Shown here one piece after another: positions 1 to 9,587 of a stretch of DNA of 49,946 nucleotides (its first letter is position 1; each line of letters begins with the position of its first letter). The DNA lies in contig CAZBHT010000001.1 of assembly GCA_964491655.1 (NCBI GenBank), positions 1-49,946 on the forward strand. Direction: 5' to 3'. This stretch comes from an uncultured Burkholderiaceae bacterium (lineage in GTDB: Bacteria > Pseudomonadota > Gammaproteobacteria > Burkholderiales > Burkholderiaceae_F). Below the pieces are notes generated by a model. That model saw nothing but the letters and a program-made list of their open reading frames with translations. It did no database searches and had not been told where the DNA came from. The translations under genes were made by a program, and so were the position numbers.

Positions 1-36
1 GCTTCAAATCTATCAATTGGCTCTATAAATGGATAT

Positions 37-66
37 AAAAATGGTCGCAATAGCGACCATTTTTAT
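37..66 (-). terminator. Rho-independent terminator downstream of smpB (symmetrical, could act in both directions)
   Basis: 8-bp stem atggtcgc (41-48) / gcgaccat (53-60) with loop aata. An A-run precedes it and a T-run follows on the + strand, so a T-run follows the hairpin on either strand. It starts 18 nt past the smpB stop. Confidence 0.7.
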
Positions 67-77
67 ACTTTTATGCA

Positions 78-533
78 TTATCCTCTACGAACTCGAGTCT
101 TCAGTAACCGTTGTTGATCTCGCTTCCATTGTTTTTTGCTTTCATCCGCACGTTTTTCAAATTCACGTTTACCTTTTCCGAGTCCAACTTCTACTTTGAC
201 TCGTCCAGCCTTAAAGTGCATATCCAATGGGATTAAGGTATAACCAGCTCGCTCTACCTTTCCGATAAGTCGCATAATCTCATGCTTATGCATCAGAAGT
301 TTACGTGTACGGGTGGGTTCTGCTTTTTCATGTGTACTAGCCGTATCCAGAGGGACGACCTGTGCATTTAAAAGAAAAAGCTCCCCATCACGTACGAATA
401 TGTGACTTTCTTTAATTTGAGCACGCCCCGCTCTGATTGCTTTAACTTCCCATCCCTTAAGAACGAGTCCTGCTTCAAATTTATCTTCGATAGCGTAATC
501 GAACCGGGCTTTTTTATTTTGTATTAGAGCCAC
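78..533 (-). CDS. smpB: SsrA-binding protein SmpB
   Basis: 151-aa ORF. The N-terminus [34 protein letters not shown] and the basic C-terminal tail are typical of SmpB. Confidence 0.95.
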   Translation of the reverse strand: MALIQNKKARFDYAIEDKFEAGLVLKGWEVKAIRAGRAQIKESHIFVRDGELFLLNAQVVPLDTASTHEKAEPTRTRKLLMHKHEIMRLIGKVERAGYTLIPLDMHFKAGRVKVEVGLGKGKREFEKRADESKKQWKRDQQRLLKTRVRRG

Positions 534-676
534 GATAAAAATCCTTTTTTAAAATGAGCATCTAAAGACAGATGCTAGTAAAATTCCAAAAATTTTAACT
601 GTTTTGTATGGCGATTCTCAATATCCAATCGTAATTCATTGTGTATTGAGTATAGCGGTTACATTTGGAGGCTTAG

Positions 677-967
677 GTGAACATATTTGTTGTACGCCAG
701 CAACCAAAAGGGTTGGAAAAAAGGGAGATTGAACTTCCTGTAGGCTCGTGTGTAGCAGATGCTTTAAAAGCAGTTGCTATCGAAGTTGGAGAACAAGAGG
801 CGATCAGCATTTGGAATGAAAGTGCTCAATTAAGTTCAGTACTTGAAAACAATGATCGAGTTGAGATCAGTAGAACGCTTATTGTCGATCCAAAAGAAGC
901 AAGAAGACTGCGAGCAGAGAGCCGAAGGGCTACAATCACTCGTAAAAGACGTCATGCAAAAACGTAA
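677..967 (+). CDS. rnfH: RnfH family (UPF0125, YfjF/RatB-like) beta-grasp protein
   Basis: 96-aa ORF with a GTG start preceded by ggagg. The C-terminal DRVEISRTLIVDPKEARRLRAE matches the RnfH/YfjF signature. It sits in the classical position divergent from smpB. Confidence 0.75.
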   Translation: MNIFVVRQQPKGLEKREIELPVGSCVADALKAVAIEVGEQEAISIWNESAQLSSVLENNDRVEISRTLIVDPKEARRLRAESRRATITRKRRHAKT

Positions 968-1000
968 TGGTTGAGTAATAACACTAAATTGACGAAATTC

Positions 1001-1031
1001 TTGAAACTAATAAGTGAATTTCTCTTATAAT
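1001..1031 (+). promoter_or_regulatory. Candidate sigma-70 promoter for guaB
   Basis: TTGAAA (1001-1006), a 19-nt spacer, then a perfect TATAAT (1026-1031), about 25 nt upstream of the guaB start. The spacer is longer than optimal. Confidence 0.35.
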
Positions 1032-1047
1032 TCATTTTTGTGCTTAG

Positions 1048-2523
<1,476 letters not shown>

Positions 2524-2541
2524 TCCAACAAAAACTCTAAA

Positions 2542-2582
2542 TTTGGGACCGATTCAGTTAACTGATCGGTCCCAAAATTTTT
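2542..2582. terminator. Bidirectional intrinsic terminator between convergent guaB and the yejM-like gene
   Basis: Perfect 12-bp stem tttgggaccgat (2542-2553) / atcggtcccaaa (2565-2576). The stem is extendable into the loop by cag/ctg, and T-runs follow on both strands. Confidence 0.8.
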
Positions 2583-2587
2583 GATAG

Positions 2588-4471
2588 TTATCGACGATAT
2601 CGACTCATATCTAACAAAGCATCTTTAAGATGAGGAGGCATCGATTGGTTTGGTGACTGTTTAAGCTGTTTGTCCAGATATTCTAGTGCTCCCATTTTAT
2701 TGATGAGTACTACACGATCATTTTCAACAATCGCTTTATCACTATAGCCACTAGCTATAAACCAATTTCTTCTGTTTTCTGTTGACCATAAAGAGTGTCC
2801 AATAGAATAGTCTGATACAGGATTACGGCAATTAAGAACTTCTGGAAGAAAGGTTGCTGTAATATCATAGTGATTCGTCATGTACTGAATGTTTGCTTTC
2901 GTTTTTCCAGGCCAATGAATAATCAAAGGGACCTTGATCTGTACATCTGTATAGTTTCCTCCATGTCCCCAGTAATTAAGTCCGTGGTCATTAAACTCTT
3001 CGCCGTGATCGGCACTAATGACCACAATGGTGGAATCCATTAGATTTTGTGATTCAATGTATTGAAGGATTCGGACAATCTGCTCATCCGCATAATGGAC
3101 AGCATTTTTATATCGATTGAAATAAGGTTTTGGATCAAACTTACTATTAAGTTCAATGTGATTAATTTCCTTCCAATAAGGTTGATAGAGAGTATGTTTT
3201 TGATCTTCCGGGAAAGCGTAACCGTGAACATTATCTAGGAAGATAAAACTAAAAAACGGATTTTTGTTTTTTTGTTTCTGATGCCAAGAAATAAAATCAT
3301 CAATTGCGTGACGGTCTCTTTCAAGAATAGTGTTTCCCGGAGAGTTAAGTCTTAAATTTTGAATACCAGAAAAGATTGTTTGATGAAATTCTGGTCGAGT
3401 CAAAGGTGCACCAGCAAAGACACCGATGTTGTAGTTTGATTTTTGTAATGCTGTTATAAATGCAGATGGTGTTTTGTCAGCTAATGCACTGAACCAATAG
3501 GTACTTGGAATTCCATAAAATGTAGAAAAAAGACTATCTCGAGTATGGTTACCTACTGCATAGTGGTTTTTGAAAACAATATTCTCTTCAGCAAAATTCC
3601 ATACATTAGGAGTATTTTCTTTTGTGACAACATCTGATCTTAGAGCATCGACAAAAATAAATACAATATTAAGATTTTTAGCTCCTGTTCCACAATTTAG
3701 ATCATTCAGTGGATATTTAAAATTCCCGACTTTGTTATCTATTGATAAATTAGAATTGTGAATATCGCTCTCTTTAATAATCCCCGTTTTAATAAAGAAT
3801 GAATTCATCTTCAAAGGGCGAATAAGAGGTAGTTTTTCCTTAATTACTAATACATTAGTCCAGTTGATAGGATAGGCGTAAGCATATAAAACATTAGCTC
3901 CGACAAACAAAATAGAGATCAGAAATAGTAAGGAGTATGCTGTTTTAGTTAGCTTTTGAGATATGAAGCGCGCTACGAAGAAGCTTAAGGTACTCCAAAC
4001 TAGGATTGCTAGGCAAATAACAATAATTTGACTGAGCATCGAGTAAGAAAATTGAACTACCTCACCCCCCCCTAATAAAGTCATCTCAAGCATCGCTAGA
4101 TTAATGTGCAAACGATACTGTTGGTAGACAAAGGTATCAGCCAAGATAAAAACAGTTAGAAGCGAACTAAAAGTAATTGTCAAAAAAGTCGCTATTTTTG
4201 TTAGATTAAAACGTCCTAAAGGGTAGGCAGTTAGTAGTGCAACAATTAAGTTTAAGAAAAAGAAATTACTTAAACCAAATACGCAAAAGTAAAGAAGTTG
4301 CCAAAAATCCCATGAATCATGCTCAGTTAAATATCGACCTGATATACAAACGATCGTAATCGCTATAAAAATAGCGTTCCAAATATAAAGACGAAAAGGT
4401 AGTTTGGTGGATTTCATGTGAAACATTACGGTTTGAATTTTATTTATATTGAGAACATAACTTGTCATCAA
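2588..4471 (-). CDS. yejM: YejM/PbgA-like inner-membrane protein (DUF3413 multi-TM N-terminus plus sulfatase/alkaline-phosphatase-superfamily periplasmic domain)
   Basis: About 5 hydrophobic helices in the first ~200 aa. These are followed by IFVDALRSD, GNHTRDSLFSTFYGIPSTYW, PSAFITALQ and SADHGEEF, which aligns to YejM/sulfatase-family motifs. The start could instead be an internal Met (4426 or 4417). Confidence 0.75.
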   Translation of the reverse strand: MMTSYVLNINKIQTVMFHMKSTKLPFRLYIWNAIFIAITIVCISGRYLTEHDSWDFWQLLYFCVFGLSNFFFLNLIVALLTAYPLGRFNLTKIATFLTITFSSLLTVFILADTFVYQQYRLHINLAMLEMTLLGGGEVVQFSYSMLSQIIVICLAILVWSTLSFFVARFISQKLTKTAYSLLFLISILFVGANVLYAYAYPINWTNVLVIKEKLPLIRPLKMNSFFIKTGIIKESDIHNSNLSIDNKVGNFKYPLNDLNCGTGAKNLNIVFIFVDALRSDVVTKENTPNVWNFAEENIVFKNHYAVGNHTRDSLFSTFYGIPSTYWFSALADKTPSAFITALQKSNYNIGVFAGAPLTRPEFHQTIFSGIQNLRLNSPGNTILERDRHAIDDFISWHQKQKNKNPFFSFIFLDNVHGYAFPEDQKHTLYQPYWKEINHIELNSKFDPKPYFNRYKNAVHYADEQIVRILQYIESQNLMDSTIVVISADHGEEFNDHGLNYWGHGGNYTDVQIKVPLIIHWPGKTKANIQYMTNHYDITATFLPEVLNCRNPVSDYSIGHSLWSTENRRNWFIASGYSDKAIVENDRVVLINKMGALEYLDKQLKQSPNQSMPPHLKDALLDMSRYRR

Positions 4472-4504
4472 TACTTCGCAAGACTATGTTCTCGCAATAC
4501 TTTT

Positions 4505-5146
4505 CTATTCAACGATCGTTACGATATTTTCCAACGGTTGTCGGATGGATCGATGTTTATTTAATCTTGTATCTTCTTCGAATCCTAGTGCAATACCAAT
4601 AACGATTCTTTCGGTTTCAGGAATTGATAAATGATTCCGTAAAACATCGGGATATTTAACTAAATTGTAAGCAGGAACAGTCCCGATTCCTCGTGAAGTA
4701 GCGGCTAAGAGAAGGGTTTGTTCAAAAACGCCTAGATCTAACAAAGCCCACTCACTATGCTGTTTAGGAAGTGTGAGATACATAACCGCTGGCGCATGGA
4801 AAAGGTACGATTGAGAAAGTTCTTTCTCTTCGAGTAATCCAGCCTGAATACGAGCGTCACTGAATTGTTTCATGTTTTCTTGTGCCTGAAGAGACCAAGA
4901 AGTGCGATGGGCAACAGGCATATCTGAATAGCCTTTGATACCTTTTTCGGTCATGGAATGGTATTCATCTCGAATACATTCAAGTTTTTTTCCTGTAACC
5001 AACCAAACACGATATTCTTGAGCATTTACCCAAGACGGGGATGTTTGAGCGTCGCGAAGAATATCCAATAAGATATCCTTATCTATAGGCGTGCTTTGGA
5101 AATGACGAACTGAATGTCTAGTTTTAAGAACGGAGGAAAAGTCCAT
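4505..5146 (-). CDS. NAD(P)H nitroreductase family protein
   Basis: 213-aa ORF. VLKTRHSVRHFQSTPI, TSPSWVNAQ and a C-terminal GIALG pattern are typical of the nitroreductase fold. Confidence 0.8.
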   Translation of the reverse strand: MDFSSVLKTRHSVRHFQSTPIDKDILLDILRDAQTSPSWVNAQEYRVWLVTGKKLECIRDEYHSMTEKGIKGYSDMPVAHRTSWSLQAQENMKQFSDARIQAGLLEEKELSQSYLFHAPAVMYLTLPKQHSEWALLDLGVFEQTLLLAATSRGIGTVPAYNLVKYPDVLRNHLSIPETERIVIGIALGFEEDTRLNKHRSIRQPLENIVTIVE

Positions 5147-5294
5147 GATAACCTCAGTTGGGCATGATGAATGTAGATATAACGACTACCAATCACATAA
5201 AAATTTAGGAAATTTTTACACTCTAATGGTGGTCAAAAAGGTATAAAAATAATATAACTATCTTAACCTAATTAAATGATTAAGGAGGTTGTTT

Positions 5295-5684
5295 ATGAAT
5301 AAGCTTTATGTGTCTATCTTAATCGCGACGAGTGTGTTTGCAGGCTCGGTATGTGCGACTCCCCCATCTGGATTTAATCAGACCAGAGAGGTTCAGACTC
5401 GGATGCCTCAGGGTTTTCATAGTAAGATCACTACGATTTCTCAGATTCAAGACTCAGCAAAAGATGATCAGATTGTTGTTCTAAGAGGTACATTTGTAGA
5501 TCATCTTAAGGGAGATAAGTATCTTTTCCGCGATCAAAATGGTGCTACGATCGTCTGTGAATTAGATGACGATAAGGATTGGGGACACGTAGTCAAAGAC
5601 CAGCCTGTTCAAATTAGAGCTCAAGTCGATAAAGATTTTCGTTCCTTAGAGCTTGATGTTTTGGAGGCTAAAATCATTAAGTAA
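5295..5684 (+). CDS. YgiW/YdeI family periplasmic OB-fold (BOF) stress-tolerance protein
   Basis: Signal peptide, then VVLRGTFVDHLKGDKYLFRDQNGATIVCELDDDKDW...VDKDFRSLELDV, which matches YgiW-family topology. AGGAGG at 5283-5288 lies 6 nt before ATG 5295. Confidence 0.75.
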   Translation: MNKLYVSILIATSVFAGSVCATPPSGFNQTREVQTRMPQGFHSKITTISQIQDSAKDDQIVVLRGTFVDHLKGDKYLFRDQNGATIVCELDDDKDWGHVVKDQPVQIRAQVDKDFRSLELDVLEAKIIK

Positions 5685-5756
5685 TAATGAATTTACCTTT
5701 CTATGGTGAAGCAATTTCGTATTAAATAAAGTTAGAGGGTTACGAGGGTAATTTTT

Positions 5757-6581
5757 ATGGAAAATCGAGAGTTAGATCTTTTTTTAGATCTATCAATACG
5801 AAAGAACTATCCTATGGAAGCCCTTCGTAAAAATCCTCAAGAGTTGCTTGCCGTACTTACAATGTTTATTGCAGGGAGCCAAGATCAGTCTAATCCAACA
5901 AAATTAGATGCAAGGTGTTTTTTATTGGGACCAGCTTCTTGGTTGAGATCTGGCCCTGATGACTTGTTAATGTCATGCCCCAAGGGGATTCCTAAAGTTC
6001 CGTTTCTGTCATACCAAGATTTGTCTGCTCTAGTTGAAAAAAGACGTCAACAAGAAATTCAGAAACGTCGAGAAAAGGCACTTAATGGAGAAAGGAAATT
6101 TCAAGAATCTCTACTTGATTCCTCTAAAGATGAAGTTTGGATGCAAGAAGCTCTTCTTGAAGCTAAGTTAGCTTTAGAAGAAGGTGAAATTCCTATTGGA
6201 GCGGTTGTTGTATCTGAAAACGCAATCATAGGGAGAGGACACAATCAAGTGATTGGAAGGACAGATCCAACCGCACACGCTGAAATTCAAGCAATTCGTC
6301 AAGCATCGAATCAATTAAAAAATTATCGTCTAGAGACTTGTACGCTTTACGTAACTCTAGAACCCTGTCCAATGTGTGCTGGTGCAATTCTTAATTCTCG
6401 TATCAGTCGAGTTGTGTATGGTGCTACAGCGGGTGAAGAAAGCAGAGTGTGTGGTAGTGCTGATTTATTAAAACCAAGAAATCACAGAGATAAGCCCTTT
6501 ATTTGCTCTGGTATCCTATCGTCAGAATGTCGACAACTTTTAGATCAATTTTTTGCAAATCAAAGAAAGTGTAAGGTGTGA
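5757..6581 (+). CDS. tadA: tRNA adenosine(34) deaminase TadA with an uncharacterised N-terminal extension
   Basis: Zinc-deaminase motifs HAEIQAIR and LEPCPMCAGAI sit in the C-terminal ~146 aa. The ORF is open from ATG 5757 (GAGGG upstream). The alternative canonical-length start ATG 6141 lacks an SD. Confidence 0.85.
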   Translation: MENRELDLFLDLSIRKNYPMEALRKNPQELLAVLTMFIAGSQDQSNPTKLDARCFLLGPASWLRSGPDDLLMSCPKGIPKVPFLSYQDLSALVEKRRQQEIQKRREKALNGERKFQESLLDSSKDEVWMQEALLEAKLALEEGEIPIGAVVVSENAIIGRGHNQVIGRTDPTAHAEIQAIRQASNQLKNYRLETCTLYVTLEPCPMCAGAILNSRISRVVYGATAGEESRVCGSADLLKPRNHRDKPFICSGILSSECRQLLDQFFANQRKCKV

Positions 6582-6582
6582 T

Positions 6583-7479
6583 GTGAGGAAGGTTGAAATC
6601 GTAGCGCCTTCGGGTAAGGTACTTTGTACTGATGATGTTGCAAAAGTAGCCTCTTGTTTTGAAAAAAGAGGTTGGAGTACTGAATTAGCGTCTGGGGTGT
6701 ATGACAGTTACCAGCGATTTGCTGGAAAAAATGATCTGGTGCGTTTAGAGGAATTTAATAACGCAACCATAGATAAGGGAAATGATTTAGTACTAATGGC
6801 TCGGGGTGGCTATGGTATGAATCGAATTCTTCCCCATATTAAGTTTGATCGTATCTACGAAAAAGGTACTTGGGTTGCAGGCTTTTCGGATATTACCCTT
6901 TTTTCTTTAGCTTATTTAGCCAAGGTCGGAGGTAAGAGTTTACACGCTCCAACGGCCTCTGTATTAGGGAAAGAGACAACCGATCCCTGGACCATTTCTG
7001 AATTTTTTCGTGCGTTGACAGCTAAAAAGTACGAAATTTCTTTTCAAACAGAAGCTCAAAATTTCTATTCTGAAGGAATACTTTGGGGTGGAAATTTAAC
7101 GGTTTTGACTTCTCTTTTAGGGACAGAATTTTTCCCAAAAATTAAAGGTGGAATTCTATTTTTGGAAGATGTGGGAGAGCCGGCCTATAAAATAGAACGG
7201 TGTCTTCTACAGCTTGTACAATCGGGCGTTATTTCCCAACAATCTTGTGTGATTCTGGGCAGTTTTACTGGTATAAGACACTCAGGACATGATTTTGGTT
7301 ATAACGTGGATGAAGCTCTAAGTTATTTCTCAAGTCTTGCTAAAAAGCCCGTTATTATGGGATTACCATTTGGTCATATCGAAAGAATGTGTACACTTGT
7401 CATTGGTTCTAAGGTTTCAATTGAAGTATCGGATCGTATGGCTAAATTAGTTATTTATGATGGACCTGAATTGATATGA
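6583..7479 (+). CDS. ldcA: LD-carboxypeptidase (muramoyltetrapeptide carboxypeptidase, peptidase S66)
   Basis: VEIVAPSG, ARGGYG, the nucleophile motif GFSDIT and LPFGHIE are present. GTG 6583 lies 6 nt after aagg and 1 nt after the tadA stop. The ORF-track TTG 6553 has no SD. Confidence 0.85.
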   Translation: MRKVEIVAPSGKVLCTDDVAKVASCFEKRGWSTELASGVYDSYQRFAGKNDLVRLEEFNNATIDKGNDLVLMARGGYGMNRILPHIKFDRIYEKGTWVAGFSDITLFSLAYLAKVGGKSLHAPTASVLGKETTDPWTISEFFRALTAKKYEISFQTEAQNFYSEGILWGGNLTVLTSLLGTEFFPKIKGGILFLEDVGEPAYKIERCLLQLVQSGVISQQSCVILGSFTGIRHSGHDFGYNVDEALSYFSSLAKKPVIMGLPFGHIERMCTLVIGSKVSIEVSDRMAKLVIYDGPELI

Positions 7480-9380
7480 GCCAGATGGTACGAAATTTTT
7501 ACGAATGGGTTCGTGCAACATTAATGCCGGGTCCACCTGATGTTGAATTGTCTGCTGAAATTCCTCCCAAAGAGCTTCAAAAAATGGTGGAATTTCGTCA
7601 ATTAGGTAACATGAAACATCGTAGTTCCGTTGTGGTGATCGTACGCATGTTTTTAAGCCTAGTTCTTGCTGTTCTTTGTTGGGAAGCGTCTTCTCCTTAT
7701 ATGATGCTCTTTTGGCTAGCCTTTAATGTGATGCATACGTTAGCCTGTTTGAAATCAGCAGACGATTTTTTTAATTCTCCGACTGCAAATCACGATTTTT
7801 CTTTTTGGCGCAATCGTACTATGCAGATGACCTTTGTATCTGGTTTGATATGGGGTTTTGCTGGTTTTTTCTTCATGCAGGCCAACTCCCCCGTAGATCA
7901 TGTTGTCTTAATGGGAATTATTTTCAGTGTTGCATTCGGTAGTATTCCGTTATATGCCTGTTGGCTACCTGGGTTGTGGTCTTTCTTACCCGCTATCTTA
8001 TTGCCACCGTATTTAAGGTTTATTTACGTATACGAAATTTCTTTAGACGTTGCATTAGAGTTACTGGTCATCATCGTTCTAACAATCGTATATTTTGGAC
8101 GCCGTTTAAATCAAATATTTACTGCGTCAATCTATCAATCGATTGAAAAAGAGCTTCTTATGGAGCAATTGATTCAGCAAAGACAAAAGGCTGAATTTGC
8201 CCGAGAGGTTGCCGAAGTAGCGATTCGAAATCGTACTCGTTTTTTTGCCGGTGCTAATCACGATTTACGTCAACCTTTACAAGCCATGGGGATTTTTATT
8301 TCTCTTTTGGAAGAATCGGTCGAAAAAAGAAATAAACCCTTGGTTGAGAACTTGGCAAAGGCCTGTAACCTAGTTTCGACTTTAGTAGATCAGATTCTAA
8401 CCATATCAAGGTTAGAAGCCAAAAGTATCAAAATTAACCCAGAGAGTTTTTCAATTCGTTCACTTTTGAATGATCTTGATTCTGAATTTCAACCGATTGC
8501 TCAGAAAAAAGGGCTTAATTTCAAAATTAAAACTTCGGACGTAACTGTTTTTACCGATGAAGTTCTATTGGGACGAATTCTTCGAAATCTCATTGGAAAT
8601 GCAGTGCGTTACTGTACCCGAGGGGATGTTTTGATTCGAGCTAAGGAAAGTCGTGTTGGAACGCTGATTATCTCGGTAGCAGATACAGGACCAGGTATTA
8701 CTCAGGAAGAGCAATCAAAACTTTATAGCGATTTTTTCAGAGGCAAAGCAGGACGCTCTGCTGAAGAGGGTTTTGGCTTAGGTCTTTCGATTGTTCATAA
8801 GATTTCAGCTCTTTTGGACATCAAACTTTCGATGCATTCAAGAGTGGGTAAAGGAACAATTTTTCGTTTGGAACTACCGATTGCGTCAGATCCTAAACAG
8901 GTTGAAGTCTTACAAAGAGCAACTTATGATGCAATACCTCAGTCTTTAAGTGGCGCTAACATTCTTCTCATTGAAGATGACACATTGATTCGACAAAGCA
9001 TTGAAGCGCTTTTAGTGGCTTGGGGTGCTAATGTGACAAGTGCATCTTGTTATGATGCTGAGATTACTGTTCCATTTTTGAATGGAAAACCATTGGATAT
9101 TATCCTTGCAGATTACAACTTAGGACCTGGACTTTTAACCGGGTTACAGGCCGTTTTCCGTATTCGAAGTGCTATGGGGCGTCGTATTCCGGCTATTGTA
9201 AGTACGGCGGTTTCTCGAGATGTCGTTTTGGATCAGTACGAAGAGGAAACAGAAGGGTCGAACTTTAGCGATAGAAGTGTGGATTTGATGTCGCTTCCTG
9301 TCATTATTCAAAAACCGGTATCTCCTCAAGAATTAAATCGAGCTATATTTAGATTGATACCACAAAATAAAAAAGATTAA
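7476..9380 (+). CDS. Hybrid sensor histidine kinase / response regulator (multi-TM N-terminus, HisKA, HATPase_c, C-terminal receiver)
   Basis: H-box FFAGANHDLRQPL, N-box LIGNAVRY, G-boxes DTGPGI and GFGLGLSIV, and a receiver with ILLIEDD ... ILADYNL. The start ATG overlaps the ldcA stop (ATGA at 7476-7479). Confidence 0.88.
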   Translation: MSQMVRNFYEWVRATLMPGPPDVELSAEIPPKELQKMVEFRQLGNMKHRSSVVVIVRMFLSLVLAVLCWEASSPYMMLFWLAFNVMHTLACLKSADDFFNSPTANHDFSFWRNRTMQMTFVSGLIWGFAGFFFMQANSPVDHVVLMGIIFSVAFGSIPLYACWLPGLWSFLPAILLPPYLRFIYVYEISLDVALELLVIIVLTIVYFGRRLNQIFTASIYQSIEKELLMEQLIQQRQKAEFAREVAEVAIRNRTRFFAGANHDLRQPLQAMGIFISLLEESVEKRNKPLVENLAKACNLVSTLVDQILTISRLEAKSIKINPESFSIRSLLNDLDSEFQPIAQKKGLNFKIKTSDVTVFTDEVLLGRILRNLIGNAVRYCTRGDVLIRAKESRVGTLIISVADTGPGITQEEQSKLYSDFFRGKAGRSAEEGFGLGLSIVHKISALLDIKLSMHSRVGKGTIFRLELPIASDPKQVEVLQRATYDAIPQSLSGANILLIEDDTLIRQSIEALLVAWGANVTSASCYDAEITVPFLNGKPLDIILADYNLGPGLLTGLQAVFRIRSAMGRRIPAIVSTAVSRDVVLDQYEEETEGSNFSDRSVDLMSLPVIIQKPVSPQELNRAIFRLIPQNKKD

Positions 9381-9587
9381 TTTATAAGCAAAAGATTTTG
9401 TGTATTCAAAGTCGTGTTTTTGATTTTTTATCAGTTATCCTTTCACTCATACTCCCAACAACCGGAGTAGATCTCTGAGAGAGCGTTTTTGGAGAAAAAC
9501 GCACGAGTCAGATCTCCACGTGACGTTTATGGGCAGTCACAAGCTGTGCTGTAAACATCTGATCAATTTTTTGAAAGGATCAGTAAA

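Noticed and set aside
557-576. A 7-bp hairpin agcatct/agatgct in the smpB-rnfH divergent promoter region.
   Set aside because: It is short and A/T-flanked with no clear terminator or operator context. It may be part of the smpB 5' UTR, but this cannot be supported.
677-967. rnfH is present next to smpB without the ratA (yfjG, SRPBCC) partner that usually precedes it.
   Set aside because: Gene loss in a compact genome is the simplest explanation. The 143-nt spacer shows no ratA remnant that I can translate.
2588-4471. Markedly lower GC in the yejM-like gene than in neighbouring guaB and the nitroreductase gene. Hand counts of a few 60-nt lines gave about 30-38% versus about 47%. I considered horizontal acquisition.
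   Set aside because: Similar AT-rich stretches occur in other weakly conserved or membrane genes here, such as hemW and the FixL-like kinase. The higher-GC genes are the highly conserved or highly expressed ones. No mobility genes, tRNA or direct repeats flank it. A sliding-window GC and codon-usage calculation would be needed to revisit this.
4565-4580. A T-arm-like string cttcgaatcc, reminiscent of the tRNA GGTTCGAATCC motif.
   Set aside because: It lies inside the nitroreductase coding frame, and no acceptor, D or anticodon arms surround it.
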